Below are positions 48,792-57,748 of a stretch of DNA of 64,000 nucleotides, one piece after another. The notes beneath the pieces are model-generated. The model was not told the DNA's origin and searched no databases. It saw only the letters and a program-made list of their open reading frames with translations. Position 1 is the stretch's first letter. Each line of letters begins with the position of its first letter. Origin of the DNA: Bacteroidia bacterium (GTDB lineage: Bacteria > Bacteroidota > Bacteroidia > Flavobacteriales > Flavobacteriaceae); the NCBI GenBank assembly GCA_030428705.1, contig JAUIDI010000011.1, forward strand, positions 26,574-90,573, in the 5' to 3' direction. Made by a program: the position numbers and the translations under genes.

Positions 48792-49065
48792 ATCGACCAA
48801 CTGCAAAAACTTCGATGAACGGTAAATGCTTTTACAAGGTATCTTGGACCCGACAAAAAACCGTAAAAATTTTGGCTGTAAAAGTTTGCCAAAGAACTTC
48901 AATAAACATTAATAAAATTTAGGTCGAATTGCGAAGTTGATAACTTCGGTATATTCTAGTTGCGAAATCATCGATTTTTTGATTTTACAGGAAACCCCTT
49001 ACAAAACACAAAACAATAAATAAAATTCTAGACGTTATACTATCTCATATTTAACAATAGACGTT

Positions 49066-49377
49066 ATGAAAAAAATGGAACTTATTTCTGCCGCGGCGGT
49101 GGGATTTTTGTTCGCCTTTGGAGTTTTTGCCAACAATAGCAAACCCGTTGAAAAAGAATTCGATATCAATTCGATTATTATAATCGAAGAAGAGGTCGAT
49201 ATCGACCTAGGTTTCGATACGCAAGATTACTTGCCTGCAGACTTTAATGCCTATGCCTATCCATATGATGTGGACGGTTTCAACTACATTGACGAAAATG
49301 ATACTGTTATCTTGGATTTTGACCCAAAGGAACATCTACCGGAAGGTTTTGACCCGTATATACAGACGAAGAAGTAA
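49066..49377 (+). CDS. small acidic secreted protein with internal repeat
   Basis: Signal peptide. DLGFDTQDYLPADFNAY and DFDPKEHLPEGFDPY are repeated motifs. Confidence 0.55.
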   Translation: MKKMELISAAAVGFLFAFGVFANNSKPVEKEFDINSIIIIEEEVDIDLGFDTQDYLPADFNAYAYPYDVDGFNYIDENDTVILDFDPKEHLPEGFDPYIQTKK

Positions 49378-49403
49378 ATTTCTTTATTTGAGTTAGTCCA
49401 GAT

Positions 49404-49437
49404 AAAACCTCCATTTTCGAATGGGGGTTTTGTTTTT
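49404..49437 (+). terminator. intrinsic terminator between convergent genes
   Basis: AAAACCTCCATT-ttcg-AATGGGGGTTTT followed by GTTTTT. Confidence 0.6.
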
Positions 49438-50866
49438 AAAAGAACATCGGAATTACAAATTGGAACATTAATATCAACAACGCTATCGCTATCAAGTTCA
49501 GGATTACCCCTACGCGTGCCATTTCACTGACCTTTATATAACCACTGGCGAACACGATAGCATTGGGAGGCGTAGCCATTGGCAACATAAAGGCACAACT
49601 GCTTGCCATGGTTACAGGAATTAATAGGTATAGGATCGGCACGTCCAAGCCGATGGCGATGCCGGCGACCACCGGGGCCAGTACGGCGACCAATGCCACA
49701 TTGCTCATCAGTTCGGTCATAAAGAGCATGAGCGTTATGAGAAGAACGGCGGTCATCAAGATACTGATATCGCTATTGGCTATCGCCCCCGAGACCATAT
49801 CGACGATTCCGCTTACCGACATACCTTTAGCGAGTGCCAATCCACCGCCAAAAAGTATCAATATGCCCCAGGCCAGTTTTTGGGTGTCTTTCCAGTCGAT
49901 GATAAAATCCCCCTTTTTAAGATTATAGGGGATGGAAAACATAGCAATTGCCCCCATCATACTGATTATGGTATCGTTTAACTTTAATCCCGGTAAATAA
50001 CTATTGATGACGGTTCTAAAAATCCAAAGAAAAACGGTAACGCCGAATATAGCCAGGACCATTTTTTCCTTACCGCCCATTGGTCCCAATTTTTGAAGCT
50101 CGTCATTGATTACTTCCCTTGAGGCGGCAAATTTGAGTTGTTTGTTGGGGAACATCCATTTGATCAATACAAGATAACTGATCCATATCATTACGGCTGA
50201 AAAGGGTACTCCGATGACCATCCATTTCAAAAAAGAGATTTCAATATTGTATTCGTTTTCAAGCAGTCCGATCATTACCGAATTTGGGGGCGTACCTATC
50301 ACTGTCGCAATGCCGCCTGCATTGGCCGAGAATGCAATACCCAACATTACACTCAGGGCAAAATTTTTATCACTTTTGGTAAATCCGTCTTCGTCGTTCA
50401 CCAACAGACCGATGACCGACATGGCAATGGGCAGCATCATTACGGTGGTCGCTGTATTGCTGATCCACATGCTCAATGCCGCGGTCGCGATCATAAAACC
50501 CAAAACGACCTTATTGGGGGCCGTTCCCGTTAATTTAATGATACTTAGTGCAATGCGTTTGTGCAGATTGACCTTTTCCAAGGCCAGGGCCAGTATAAAA
50601 CCACCAAAGAAAAGAAAGATGATCGGACTTCCGTAATTGGCACCGACATCACCGATATCCATAATTTTTAGGATAGGAAAAAGCAATAATGGTAATAAGG
50701 CCGTGACCGATATCGAGACAGCCTCGGTAATCCACCAAACGACCATCCAAACGGCAATGGCTATGACCGAGTCACCTTTTTCAGAAACCATCTCAAAAGG
50801 TAGGTTGGTGAGGACCAAGAAAAGTATCGGTCCAAGAAATAGCCCCGCTTTTTTACTGAAATCCAT
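49436..50866 (-). CDS. SLC13/DASS family anion:sodium symporter
   Basis: 476 aa with about 12 or more TM segments. SNTATTVMMLPI and SNVALVAVLAPV are paired hairpin motifs (SNT/SNV) typical of DASS transporters. Confidence 0.85.
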   Translation of the reverse strand: MDFSKKAGLFLGPILFLVLTNLPFEMVSEKGDSVIAIAVWMVVWWITEAVSISVTALLPLLLFPILKIMDIGDVGANYGSPIIFLFFGGFILALALEKVNLHKRIALSIIKLTGTAPNKVVLGFMIATAALSMWISNTATTVMMLPIAMSVIGLLVNDEDGFTKSDKNFALSVMLGIAFSANAGGIATVIGTPPNSVMIGLLENEYNIEISFLKWMVIGVPFSAVMIWISYLVLIKWMFPNKQLKFAASREVINDELQKLGPMGGKEKMVLAIFGVTVFLWIFRTVINSYLPGLKLNDTIISMMGAIAMFSIPYNLKKGDFIIDWKDTQKLAWGILILFGGGLALAKGMSVSGIVDMVSGAIANSDISILMTAVLLITLMLFMTELMSNVALVAVLAPVVAGIAIGLDVPILYLLIPVTMASSCAFMLPMATPPNAIVFASGYIKVSEMARVGVILNLIAIALLILMFQFVIPMFF

Positions 50867-50987
50867 TTATAAAGATTATCGGCCCTAAACTATGTTTTTT
50901 CTTTTTGTTTTGGAAATGAAAAAGTCAGATGTCCGATGCCAGTGTGCGAAGTGTACAGGACATTACACATCCAACATCCAAATTTTT

Positions 50988-52382
50988 TTAATAAATAATC
51001 GAATCTGAAGGGATTGGCGGCAACTCGTAGTTGCCATAATCTATGGTTATCTGTCCATCGTTCAATGTCCTTATTCCCTTGGATTCGGCTTTGGTTTTAT
51101 AGAGATAGATTTTTTTCAATTTTTTAAAGTCGGAAAAAGCGGATAAATGGGCTTCCTCGAATTTAGAGGCTGTAAGGTTTATCGATTTTAAATGTTGCAG
51201 CGATGACAGTTGTTTGATGTTTTGGCCCGTAATCGAGGTATTGTCCAGTTTCAAAATTGTTAAATTCGGAAGTTGTATTAATTTTTCGAAAATGGCATCG
51301 GTCACTTGGGTTCCGCCCAGATCCAATTGGGCAATCTGTGGTGCTATGGAAAGCAGATTCTCGAAATCGGAATCGGAAAAAGCGGGTTTGTTGATGCAGG
51401 AAACACTCAAAAAATTCGAGGATTCGCTGATAGGATCTACATGTACGCCAGTCTCTTCAATGATTTTTATACTGTCTTGTGAAGCGGCGATTATTTCAAT
51501 ATCGGGATAATCATTGTCCGATTTTTGGGGAAAGAAAGCAGTGAATAGATCTTTGGCCAATCCATTTTCTTTTATGGTGCCTTCAAACGGGTGTCCGGCA
51601 TCGATCCAGGCAGCAAGCAATTTTATCTCCTCTTTTGTCGGTTGTCCTTTACCTTCGGGAGGCATATGACCGTCGTCATCCAGCGGTAGCTTCATACGCG
51701 TGAACACTTCACTTCGGGAGGCATCGTTGGCTATGACTACTTCTCCGTTTTCACCTCCGTTTAAAATACCTTCCTTGGAATGCAAAAGCAGTTCGCCCTT
51801 TGTCTTCTTCGGATTGTGGCAACTTACGCAATTATTGTTCAGGATCGGCTTGACCACATCGTCATAAAGCAAGGCTTCCTCCCAATTGTCTTCATTGAGT
51901 TCGATTGGTTTTTCCTCGAAGGTTTCGAAACCCAAGGCCGATTTAATGTTATTGGGTAGGGGTTCGACAAGATAGTCCTCCCCGTGGGTAATATTTCCGC
52001 CTTGATGGCCTGTGTATGAGATCAAAATGAAAAATACTATTGACAATGCCACAATAGGAATGCGCTCAAGAAAAGTAAAAGCCTTTGTTCCTCTTGATTT
52101 GGCGTACATTAAAAATGAAAATAGAGCTGTGGCTACACCGCTCCATAAATGCCATTTTACGGTATCGAAGGCATAGCCTTCGCCCGTATATTGCAGATAT
52201 CCGGTAACGCAGGCCATAACTGCGGCAATGCCTCCCCAGAGATACGCTATGGGAATCAGTTCGCCATACGTCTGTCTTTTTCGGTCGTACCATTGGAGTA
52301 ACAATCCAAAGACGATGAATCCAATGGGCAAATGAACTATGATAGGATGAAGCCTCCCCAAGAGTTGTTTTAGAACGTCCAT
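50988..52382 (-). CDS. membrane protein with CxxCH (planctomycete cytochrome c-type) domain and C-terminal leucine-rich repeats
   Basis: Four N-terminal TM helices. VKPILNNNCVSCHNPKKTKGELLL (PSCyt1-type). LRR-like LDLGGTQVTDAIFEKLIQLPNLTILKLDNTSITGQNIKQLSSLQHLKSINL. Confidence 0.7.
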   Translation of the reverse strand: MDVLKQLLGRLHPIIVHLPIGFIVFGLLLQWYDRKRQTYGELIPIAYLWGGIAAVMACVTGYLQYTGEGYAFDTVKWHLWSGVATALFSFLMYAKSRGTKAFTFLERIPIVALSIVFFILISYTGHQGGNITHGEDYLVEPLPNNIKSALGFETFEEKPIELNEDNWEEALLYDDVVKPILNNNCVSCHNPKKTKGELLLHSKEGILNGGENGEVVIANDASRSEVFTRMKLPLDDDGHMPPEGKGQPTKEEIKLLAAWIDAGHPFEGTIKENGLAKDLFTAFFPQKSDNDYPDIEIIAASQDSIKIIEETGVHVDPISESSNFLSVSCINKPAFSDSDFENLLSIAPQIAQLDLGGTQVTDAIFEKLIQLPNLTILKLDNTSITGQNIKQLSSLQHLKSINLTASKFEEAHLSAFSDFKKLKKIYLYKTKAESKGIRTLNDGQITIDYGNYELPPIPSDSIIY

Positions 52383-52394
52383 GATACCGTAAAC

Positions 52395-53270
52395 TTATTC
52401 AATGTTCAAACGTTCTTTTAATGCCCGCATCATATAAGTGTTGGCTTTCCATTGATCTGCAACGGGTACGCGAGTATAGGGCAGGGTGGGCATATAGTCT
52501 GCCGGGCCGAATTCCGTGGTTATGGTAAAGATGTCGCTGGTTTTCCATTTTTGACGAATGATTTTCTCCCAGATATCCAAATGACGATTAACGGCCTTTT
52601 TCCATTCAGGAGCCTCGGGATCGTTCACCTGTGGCCCTTCTGCATGGCCGACCCTGGCATGGATATGGTGTGAACGGTCTACAATTTCCTCTAATTCATT
52701 ATCCTGATTTTGCAATAACGATTCGTGCACGACCATCCAATGGCTGATATCCAGGGTCAACTTTAGGTCAGGAATCGTTTGCACATATTTTTTCGTATCC
52801 GGAAGATTGTAACTAAACCGACCACGGTGGGTTTCATGGTAAACGGGAATGTTGTTTTCTTTGGCAATTTTATTGGCCGCTTCGATAAAGGCCCTATTCT
52901 GTTCAAAGGTGAAAAAGTCGCTACCCGTATGGCAATTGATATAGGCGGGTTTCCATGAGATCAAGGTCTTGAAATGCACGGTATAGGCTTTGAAACTTTC
53001 TTCAAAGGGAAGCGATTTGTTGGTACCGTTCAAAAATCCGACTTTGAGCTCATACTTCTTTAATGCCGCCTTTAGTTCTTCTTGGCTTTTTTTATCGGAA
53101 GGAAACCAGGTTTCGAGTCCGTCATATCCCGAAGCTTTTGTTTTTTTACAAAAAGTATCCCAAGAAATATTCCGGCCCCAATCGGTCTGGAAGAATTGCA
53201 ATTGTTTTTTTTCTTGGGAAAAAACGGTCAGGCAAAAGAACAAAAATGTGAAGCGTAAGAGTTGTTTCAT
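52395..53270 (-). CDS. secreted sugar phosphate isomerase/epimerase-like (xylose isomerase-type TIM barrel) protein
   Basis: ATG 53270 gives signal peptide MKQLLRFTFLFFCLTVFSQ. GYDGLE, HETHRG, LDISHW and HIHARVGH are metal-ligand-like blocks. Confidence 0.75.
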   Translation of the reverse strand: MKQLLRFTFLFFCLTVFSQEKKQLQFFQTDWGRNISWDTFCKKTKASGYDGLETWFPSDKKSQEELKAALKKYELKVGFLNGTNKSLPFEESFKAYTVHFKTLISWKPAYINCHTGSDFFTFEQNRAFIEAANKIAKENNIPVYHETHRGRFSYNLPDTKKYVQTIPDLKLTLDISHWMVVHESLLQNQDNELEEIVDRSHHIHARVGHAEGPQVNDPEAPEWKKAVNRHLDIWEKIIRQKWKTSDIFTITTEFGPADYMPTLPYTRVPVADQWKANTYMMRALKERLNIE

Positions 53271-53369
53271 TAAGTTGGTTTTGATTTTTTGAGCTTGGCT
53301 TTTTAAACCGATTCGTCCTGACAACAAAAGGTAGACACTTTCATGTTCAAGGACAACGGTTTAAAGCTG

Positions 53370-54884
53370 TCAAGCCAAAATTTCTTTGATTACCTCGCCC
53401 TCTACATCGGTCAAGCGAAAAGGTCTTCCCTGAAATTCATAGGTAAATTGTTCGTGGTCGAAACCGAGTAATTGTAAGATCGTGGCATGAACGTCGTGAA
53501 CCGAAACCCGGCCTTCAACACCCGAAAATCCGATGTCATCCGTTTTTCCGTACGAAGCACCTTTTTTAATACCGCCACCGGTCATCCACATGGTAAAGGC
53601 ATCGCCATGATGATCACGGCCTTTATAGGCCATTTCTTTATTGCCCCTGTTTTCCTGCATGGGCGTACGGCCGAATTCGCCGCCCCAAACGATCAGGGTT
53701 TCATCCAACAGTCCCCTTTGTTTCAAATCGAGGATCAAAGCGGTTATCGGTCTATCGATTTCACGACATTTGTTACGAAGGCCCATATCGATGGAGCCTT
53801 CGCGAATGTTACCGTGGGTATCCCACCCCCAATCGAACAATTGTACGAAGCGCACCCCGTCTTCGACCAACTTTCTGGCCAAAAGGCAATTATTGGCGAA
53901 GGATTCCTTGCCCGGTTCGACCCCGTACATCTGTTTGATATGCTCAGGCTCATTATTGATGTTCATAACCTCGGGTACAGCGATCTGCATGCGATATGCC
54001 ATTTCGTATTGGTTGATCCGTGCCAAAATCTCAGGATCGGCATATTTGGTGTATTCCTCTTTATTGATTTTGTTTATGGCATCGATGGTACTTTTTTTGA
54101 GATTGCGCGAAACCCCTTTAGGGTCTTCAATGTATAAAACGGGATCTCCCTTAGATCGACATTGCACGCCTTGATAGACCGATGGCAAAAATCCGCTGCC
54201 CCATACACTTTTTCCCGCATCGGGGGTGTTACCGCCCGAAGTCAGTACAACAAAACCGGGAAGGTTTTGATTCTCGGAACCCAATCCGTAAGTTGCCCAG
54301 GCGCCAATGCTTGGTCGGCCCAGCCGGGCACTGCCCGTATGCATGAACAGCTGTGCCGGCCCGTGATTGAATTGATCGGTGTGCACAGCCTTCAAGAACG
54401 CGACTTCATCGATTACCTTTTTGAAATGGGGCAGAAAATTCGATACCCAATTGCCCGACTCGCCCTCTTGCTTGAATTCGGCCTGCGGCCCCATCAACTT
54501 AGGCGTACCTTTGATAAAAGCGAATTTTTTTCCTTCCAATAGCGATTGCGGACAGTCTTGTCCATCGTATTTATGAAGTTCGGGTTTATAGTCGAACATT
54601 TCCAATTGGGAAGGAGCTCCGGCCATGTGCAGGTAGATGACCGATTTGACTTTTGGGGCAAATGGAGGGGGCAATGTAGCCAAAGGATTTAGGTCACGTT
54701 CGGAAAATGCCATCTGCATTTTCTTTTCGGGCTTGCTCAACGGATCGCACCCCATAAAAATGGAACTCAAAGCGAGTCCGCCCATACCTTGGGCACAACT
54801 TTTTATAAAATGCCGTCGGGTCTTGGCCTGCACCTCACGTGCCAATTTTTCTTGGATCAGTCTTTCGATTTGGTCTTTCATCAA
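53370..54884 (-). CDS. DUF1501 domain protein (sulfatase-fold) with Tat-type signal
   Basis: RRHFIKSCAQGMGGLALSS (twin-arginine). GRDHHGDAFTMWMTGGGIK and WGGEFGRTP are typical DUF1501 blocks. Confidence 0.85.
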   Translation of the reverse strand: MMKDQIERLIQEKLAREVQAKTRRHFIKSCAQGMGGLALSSIFMGCDPLSKPEKKMQMAFSERDLNPLATLPPPFAPKVKSVIYLHMAGAPSQLEMFDYKPELHKYDGQDCPQSLLEGKKFAFIKGTPKLMGPQAEFKQEGESGNWVSNFLPHFKKVIDEVAFLKAVHTDQFNHGPAQLFMHTGSARLGRPSIGAWATYGLGSENQNLPGFVVLTSGGNTPDAGKSVWGSGFLPSVYQGVQCRSKGDPVLYIEDPKGVSRNLKKSTIDAINKINKEEYTKYADPEILARINQYEMAYRMQIAVPEVMNINNEPEHIKQMYGVEPGKESFANNCLLARKLVEDGVRFVQLFDWGWDTHGNIREGSIDMGLRNKCREIDRPITALILDLKQRGLLDETLIVWGGEFGRTPMQENRGNKEMAYKGRDHHGDAFTMWMTGGGIKKGASYGKTDDIGFSGVEGRVSVHDVHATILQLLGFDHEQFTYEFQGRPFRLTDVEGEVIKEILA

Positions 54885-57625
54885 GCTTTGGTTAAAAATT
54901 CATCCAAATTCATTATAGCATTGGCCACTATGGTCAAAGCACTTAATTCCGGGGTTGGTCGTTCCTCTAAATGCAGGAACATTTCCGTTGCTTTGTTATT
55001 TTTATCAAACTCGGCCAACGAATTTTGATACAAATCATTCAGTGCCTTCAAAGTCATGGGTTCGATTGCCGAAAAAGTAGCCTTTTCATAGGTTTGGGCA
55101 ATGCTCTTTTCGATATTATCGGCGACTTGTGAATTCTTTGCCAATTGGTAGGCGGCCTCAAGGAATACGGGGTCGTTGAGGGTTACCAAGGCCTGTAAAG
55201 GTGTATTGGTCGGCGTTCTTCGAATCATACACACCTCGCGACTGCCCGCATCAAAGGTCAGGAAAGAAGGGTAGGGGCTTGTTCGTTTCAAATAGGTGTA
55301 GACACCCCTTCTATAACGATCTTCGCCTTTGCTCTCTTGCCACTTGGCACCGTTGTAGACTGTTTGCCATACGCCTTCCGGTTGCGGCGGCATAACCCCC
55401 GGACCGTACATTTTATTGCTCAATAAACCGGATACGGCCAGGGCCTGGTCGCGAATGGCTTCGGCGCCCAAACGTATTCTCGGTCCTCGGGCATACAATT
55501 CGTTCTCCGGATCTAATTGGTACATTTCAGGAGTGCTTTCCGAGCTTTGCCGATAGGTACCCGATAGGGTTATTTCCTTCACCAGCGATTTGATGCTCCA
55601 ATTATGTTCGTTCATAAACCGCAACGAAAGCCAGTCCAATAGCGCGGGATGCGAAGGCGGTTCGGATTGCGACCCGATATCCTCTATAGTCGAAACCAAA
55701 CCTCGTCCATAAATCTGATGCCAGACCCTGTTGACCAGTGTACGTGCGGTCAAGGGGTTCTTTTTGTCAACGATCCATTTTGACAACCCCAGTCGATTTT
55801 TAGTCCATTCTTCATTCCATACGTTCAAACTTTCCGGCGTGCCCGGTTGTACCGTGTCGGTCTTGTCCAAAAAGCTGCCCCGATTGAAAAGTTGCGTCGT
55901 CCGTTTCATATAATCTGGATTCTCGGACATAATGGGTACGGTTTCGGTCTTTGCGTTCAAAGCATTCGTAAACATGGCGTTAATGCCGGCCCATCCGGGT
56001 TGGTCCTTGCCGGGAATGTCTTCGATAAAACCTACCCAATAGAGATTGAGGATGTTGACCTCTTTCGCAATGGCGTCGTTTTGGGTCTCTAGATAGAGGT
56101 TGGTTTTCTTGTCTATTTTTTTAAGAGGAAACCGCGAAGTGACCAGACCATCGGATTTGTTCAATGTGAATTGCGCCAAGATGTCGCCTTTCTCATCGTT
56201 TTCACGAATGGTCATTTTGGTTCCGTTGTAATGCGAGCGATAGTTCAGATATACAAAACCGGCATTTTGGGTATGGGCATCTTCCATGATGAGGTTGCCG
56301 TCGTCCCAAAAAACTACCGAAGCGTGGTCGTCATATACACTGTTTTTGAACTCCTTGAAAAAATGCGATTTATAGACCGGTTCGGTAAACCATAAGAAAT
56401 CTTTATAGGTTTTCAAAGATTTTTCATTGCCATGTTTCGCGACCCATTCGATAACCTTATCGACTTTCCTTTGTTGTTCAGGGGTATAGAATTTCAACAA
56501 GGGTGATTCACTTGGGGTGTCCTCGTCCCGGGTATTATTGAAAAAGGCCATTAGATTGTAATAGTCTTCATGCTTAAAGGGATCATAGGGGTGGCCATGA
56601 CACTGCACGCATTCCATAGTCGTACTCTGCCATACCGAAAAGGTCGTATTGATACGATCGATAACGGTAGCTACGCGGTATTCCTCGTCGTCGGTACCGC
56701 CTTCGTCATTGTTCATCGTATTTCTATGGAACGCCGTAGCGATCAACTGATCCATCGACGGGTCGGGCAAAAGATCTCCGGCCAGTTGTTCGATCGTAAA
56801 CTGGTCATAGGGCATATCTTGGTTGAACGCCTTGATGACCCAATCGCGGTATTGCCATATCGATCGGCCCATATCCTTTTCATAACCTTTTGAATCGGCA
56901 TATCGCGCCAGGTCGAGCCACCAGGTCGCCCATTTTTCGCCATAAGCTTTTTGTGCCAAAAGGCTATCGACATAGGCTTCATATGAAAGATTGCCCTCTT
57001 CAAAGCGTTTTAATAGATTAGGATTAGGTGGCAACCCGGTAATATCCAATGCGGCCCTTCGGGCGATAATATTTTTCTCGGCCGGAAGGTTTGGAGTCAA
57101 CAGCTTTTCATCCAATTTGGCCAAAATGAAATTATCGATATCGTTTTTCAGGAAGTCGGAAGCTTTTTCGGGGGCAAAGCCTGCTTCGGCGGTAATTGCC
57201 GGAACTTCAACTTTTTCGGGAAGCGAATAGGCCCAATGCTCGCCCCATTCGGCACCTTGGTCGATCCAGCGGGTAAGCAAATCTATTTCCTCGTCGGATA
57301 ATTTTGGATGTTCATAAGGCATGCGGAGTTCCGGATCCTCTTCATGCAATCTTTTGATCAATTCGCTGCCCGAGGCATCCCCACGTATTATGGCAGGCTT
57401 ACCGGATTTGGTTTCCGCGAAGGCTTCTTCTTCAAAAAGAAGGCTAAAGCCACCATTCTTTTTGACCCCGCCATGACATGAAATGCACTTATTATTGAGA
57501 ATAGGTTTTACCTGGGTGCTGAAATCGACTTTTTTAGAGGAAGAAGAGCAACTTTCCGTCAAAATGATTGCCAGCAAGCAAGCAACACTAAAATAACTTT
57601 TTTCAAGAAATTTGTTTTTCATCAC
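54881..57625 (-). CDS. PSCyt1 / DUF1549 / DUF1553 domain protein
   Basis: VKPILNNKCISCHGGVKKNGGFSLL (CxxCH). A DUF1549-like middle region (ARRAALDITGLPP). DUF1553-like C-terminal half. 4-nt overlap with the DUF1501 gene. Confidence 0.85.
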   Translation of the reverse strand: MMKNKFLEKSYFSVACLLAIILTESCSSSSKKVDFSTQVKPILNNKCISCHGGVKKNGGFSLLFEEEAFAETKSGKPAIIRGDASGSELIKRLHEEDPELRMPYEHPKLSDEEIDLLTRWIDQGAEWGEHWAYSLPEKVEVPAITAEAGFAPEKASDFLKNDIDNFILAKLDEKLLTPNLPAEKNIIARRAALDITGLPPNPNLLKRFEEGNLSYEAYVDSLLAQKAYGEKWATWWLDLARYADSKGYEKDMGRSIWQYRDWVIKAFNQDMPYDQFTIEQLAGDLLPDPSMDQLIATAFHRNTMNNDEGGTDDEEYRVATVIDRINTTFSVWQSTTMECVQCHGHPYDPFKHEDYYNLMAFFNNTRDEDTPSESPLLKFYTPEQQRKVDKVIEWVAKHGNEKSLKTYKDFLWFTEPVYKSHFFKEFKNSVYDDHASVVFWDDGNLIMEDAHTQNAGFVYLNYRSHYNGTKMTIRENDEKGDILAQFTLNKSDGLVTSRFPLKKIDKKTNLYLETQNDAIAKEVNILNLYWVGFIEDIPGKDQPGWAGINAMFTNALNAKTETVPIMSENPDYMKRTTQLFNRGSFLDKTDTVQPGTPESLNVWNEEWTKNRLGLSKWIVDKKNPLTARTLVNRVWHQIYGRGLVSTIEDIGSQSEPPSHPALLDWLSLRFMNEHNWSIKSLVKEITLSGTYRQSSESTPEMYQLDPENELYARGPRIRLGAEAIRDQALAVSGLLSNKMYGPGVMPPQPEGVWQTVYNGAKWQESKGEDRYRRGVYTYLKRTSPYPSFLTFDAGSREVCMIRRTPTNTPLQALVTLNDPVFLEAAYQLAKNSQVADNIEKSIAQTYEKATFSAIEPMTLKALNDLYQNSLAEFDKNNKATEMFLHLEERPTPELSALTIVANAIMNLDEFLTKA

Positions 57626-57748
57626 GTACCTGCATTATGCTCTGGGTTCAACCTATAAATATAGGGAATTTAAAAGGTATGTGAAACCTGAATCGGTCCG
57701 GTCGAGCCAAGAATTCGGCCAAAACCAACAAAATGACCAAATAGTGTT

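Noticed and set aside
53487-54174. 216-aa and 177-aa plus-strand ORFs antisense to the DUF1501 gene
   Set aside because: The minus-strand DUF1501 ORF has a Tat signal and family blocks along its whole length. The antisense ORFs have no recognisable features.
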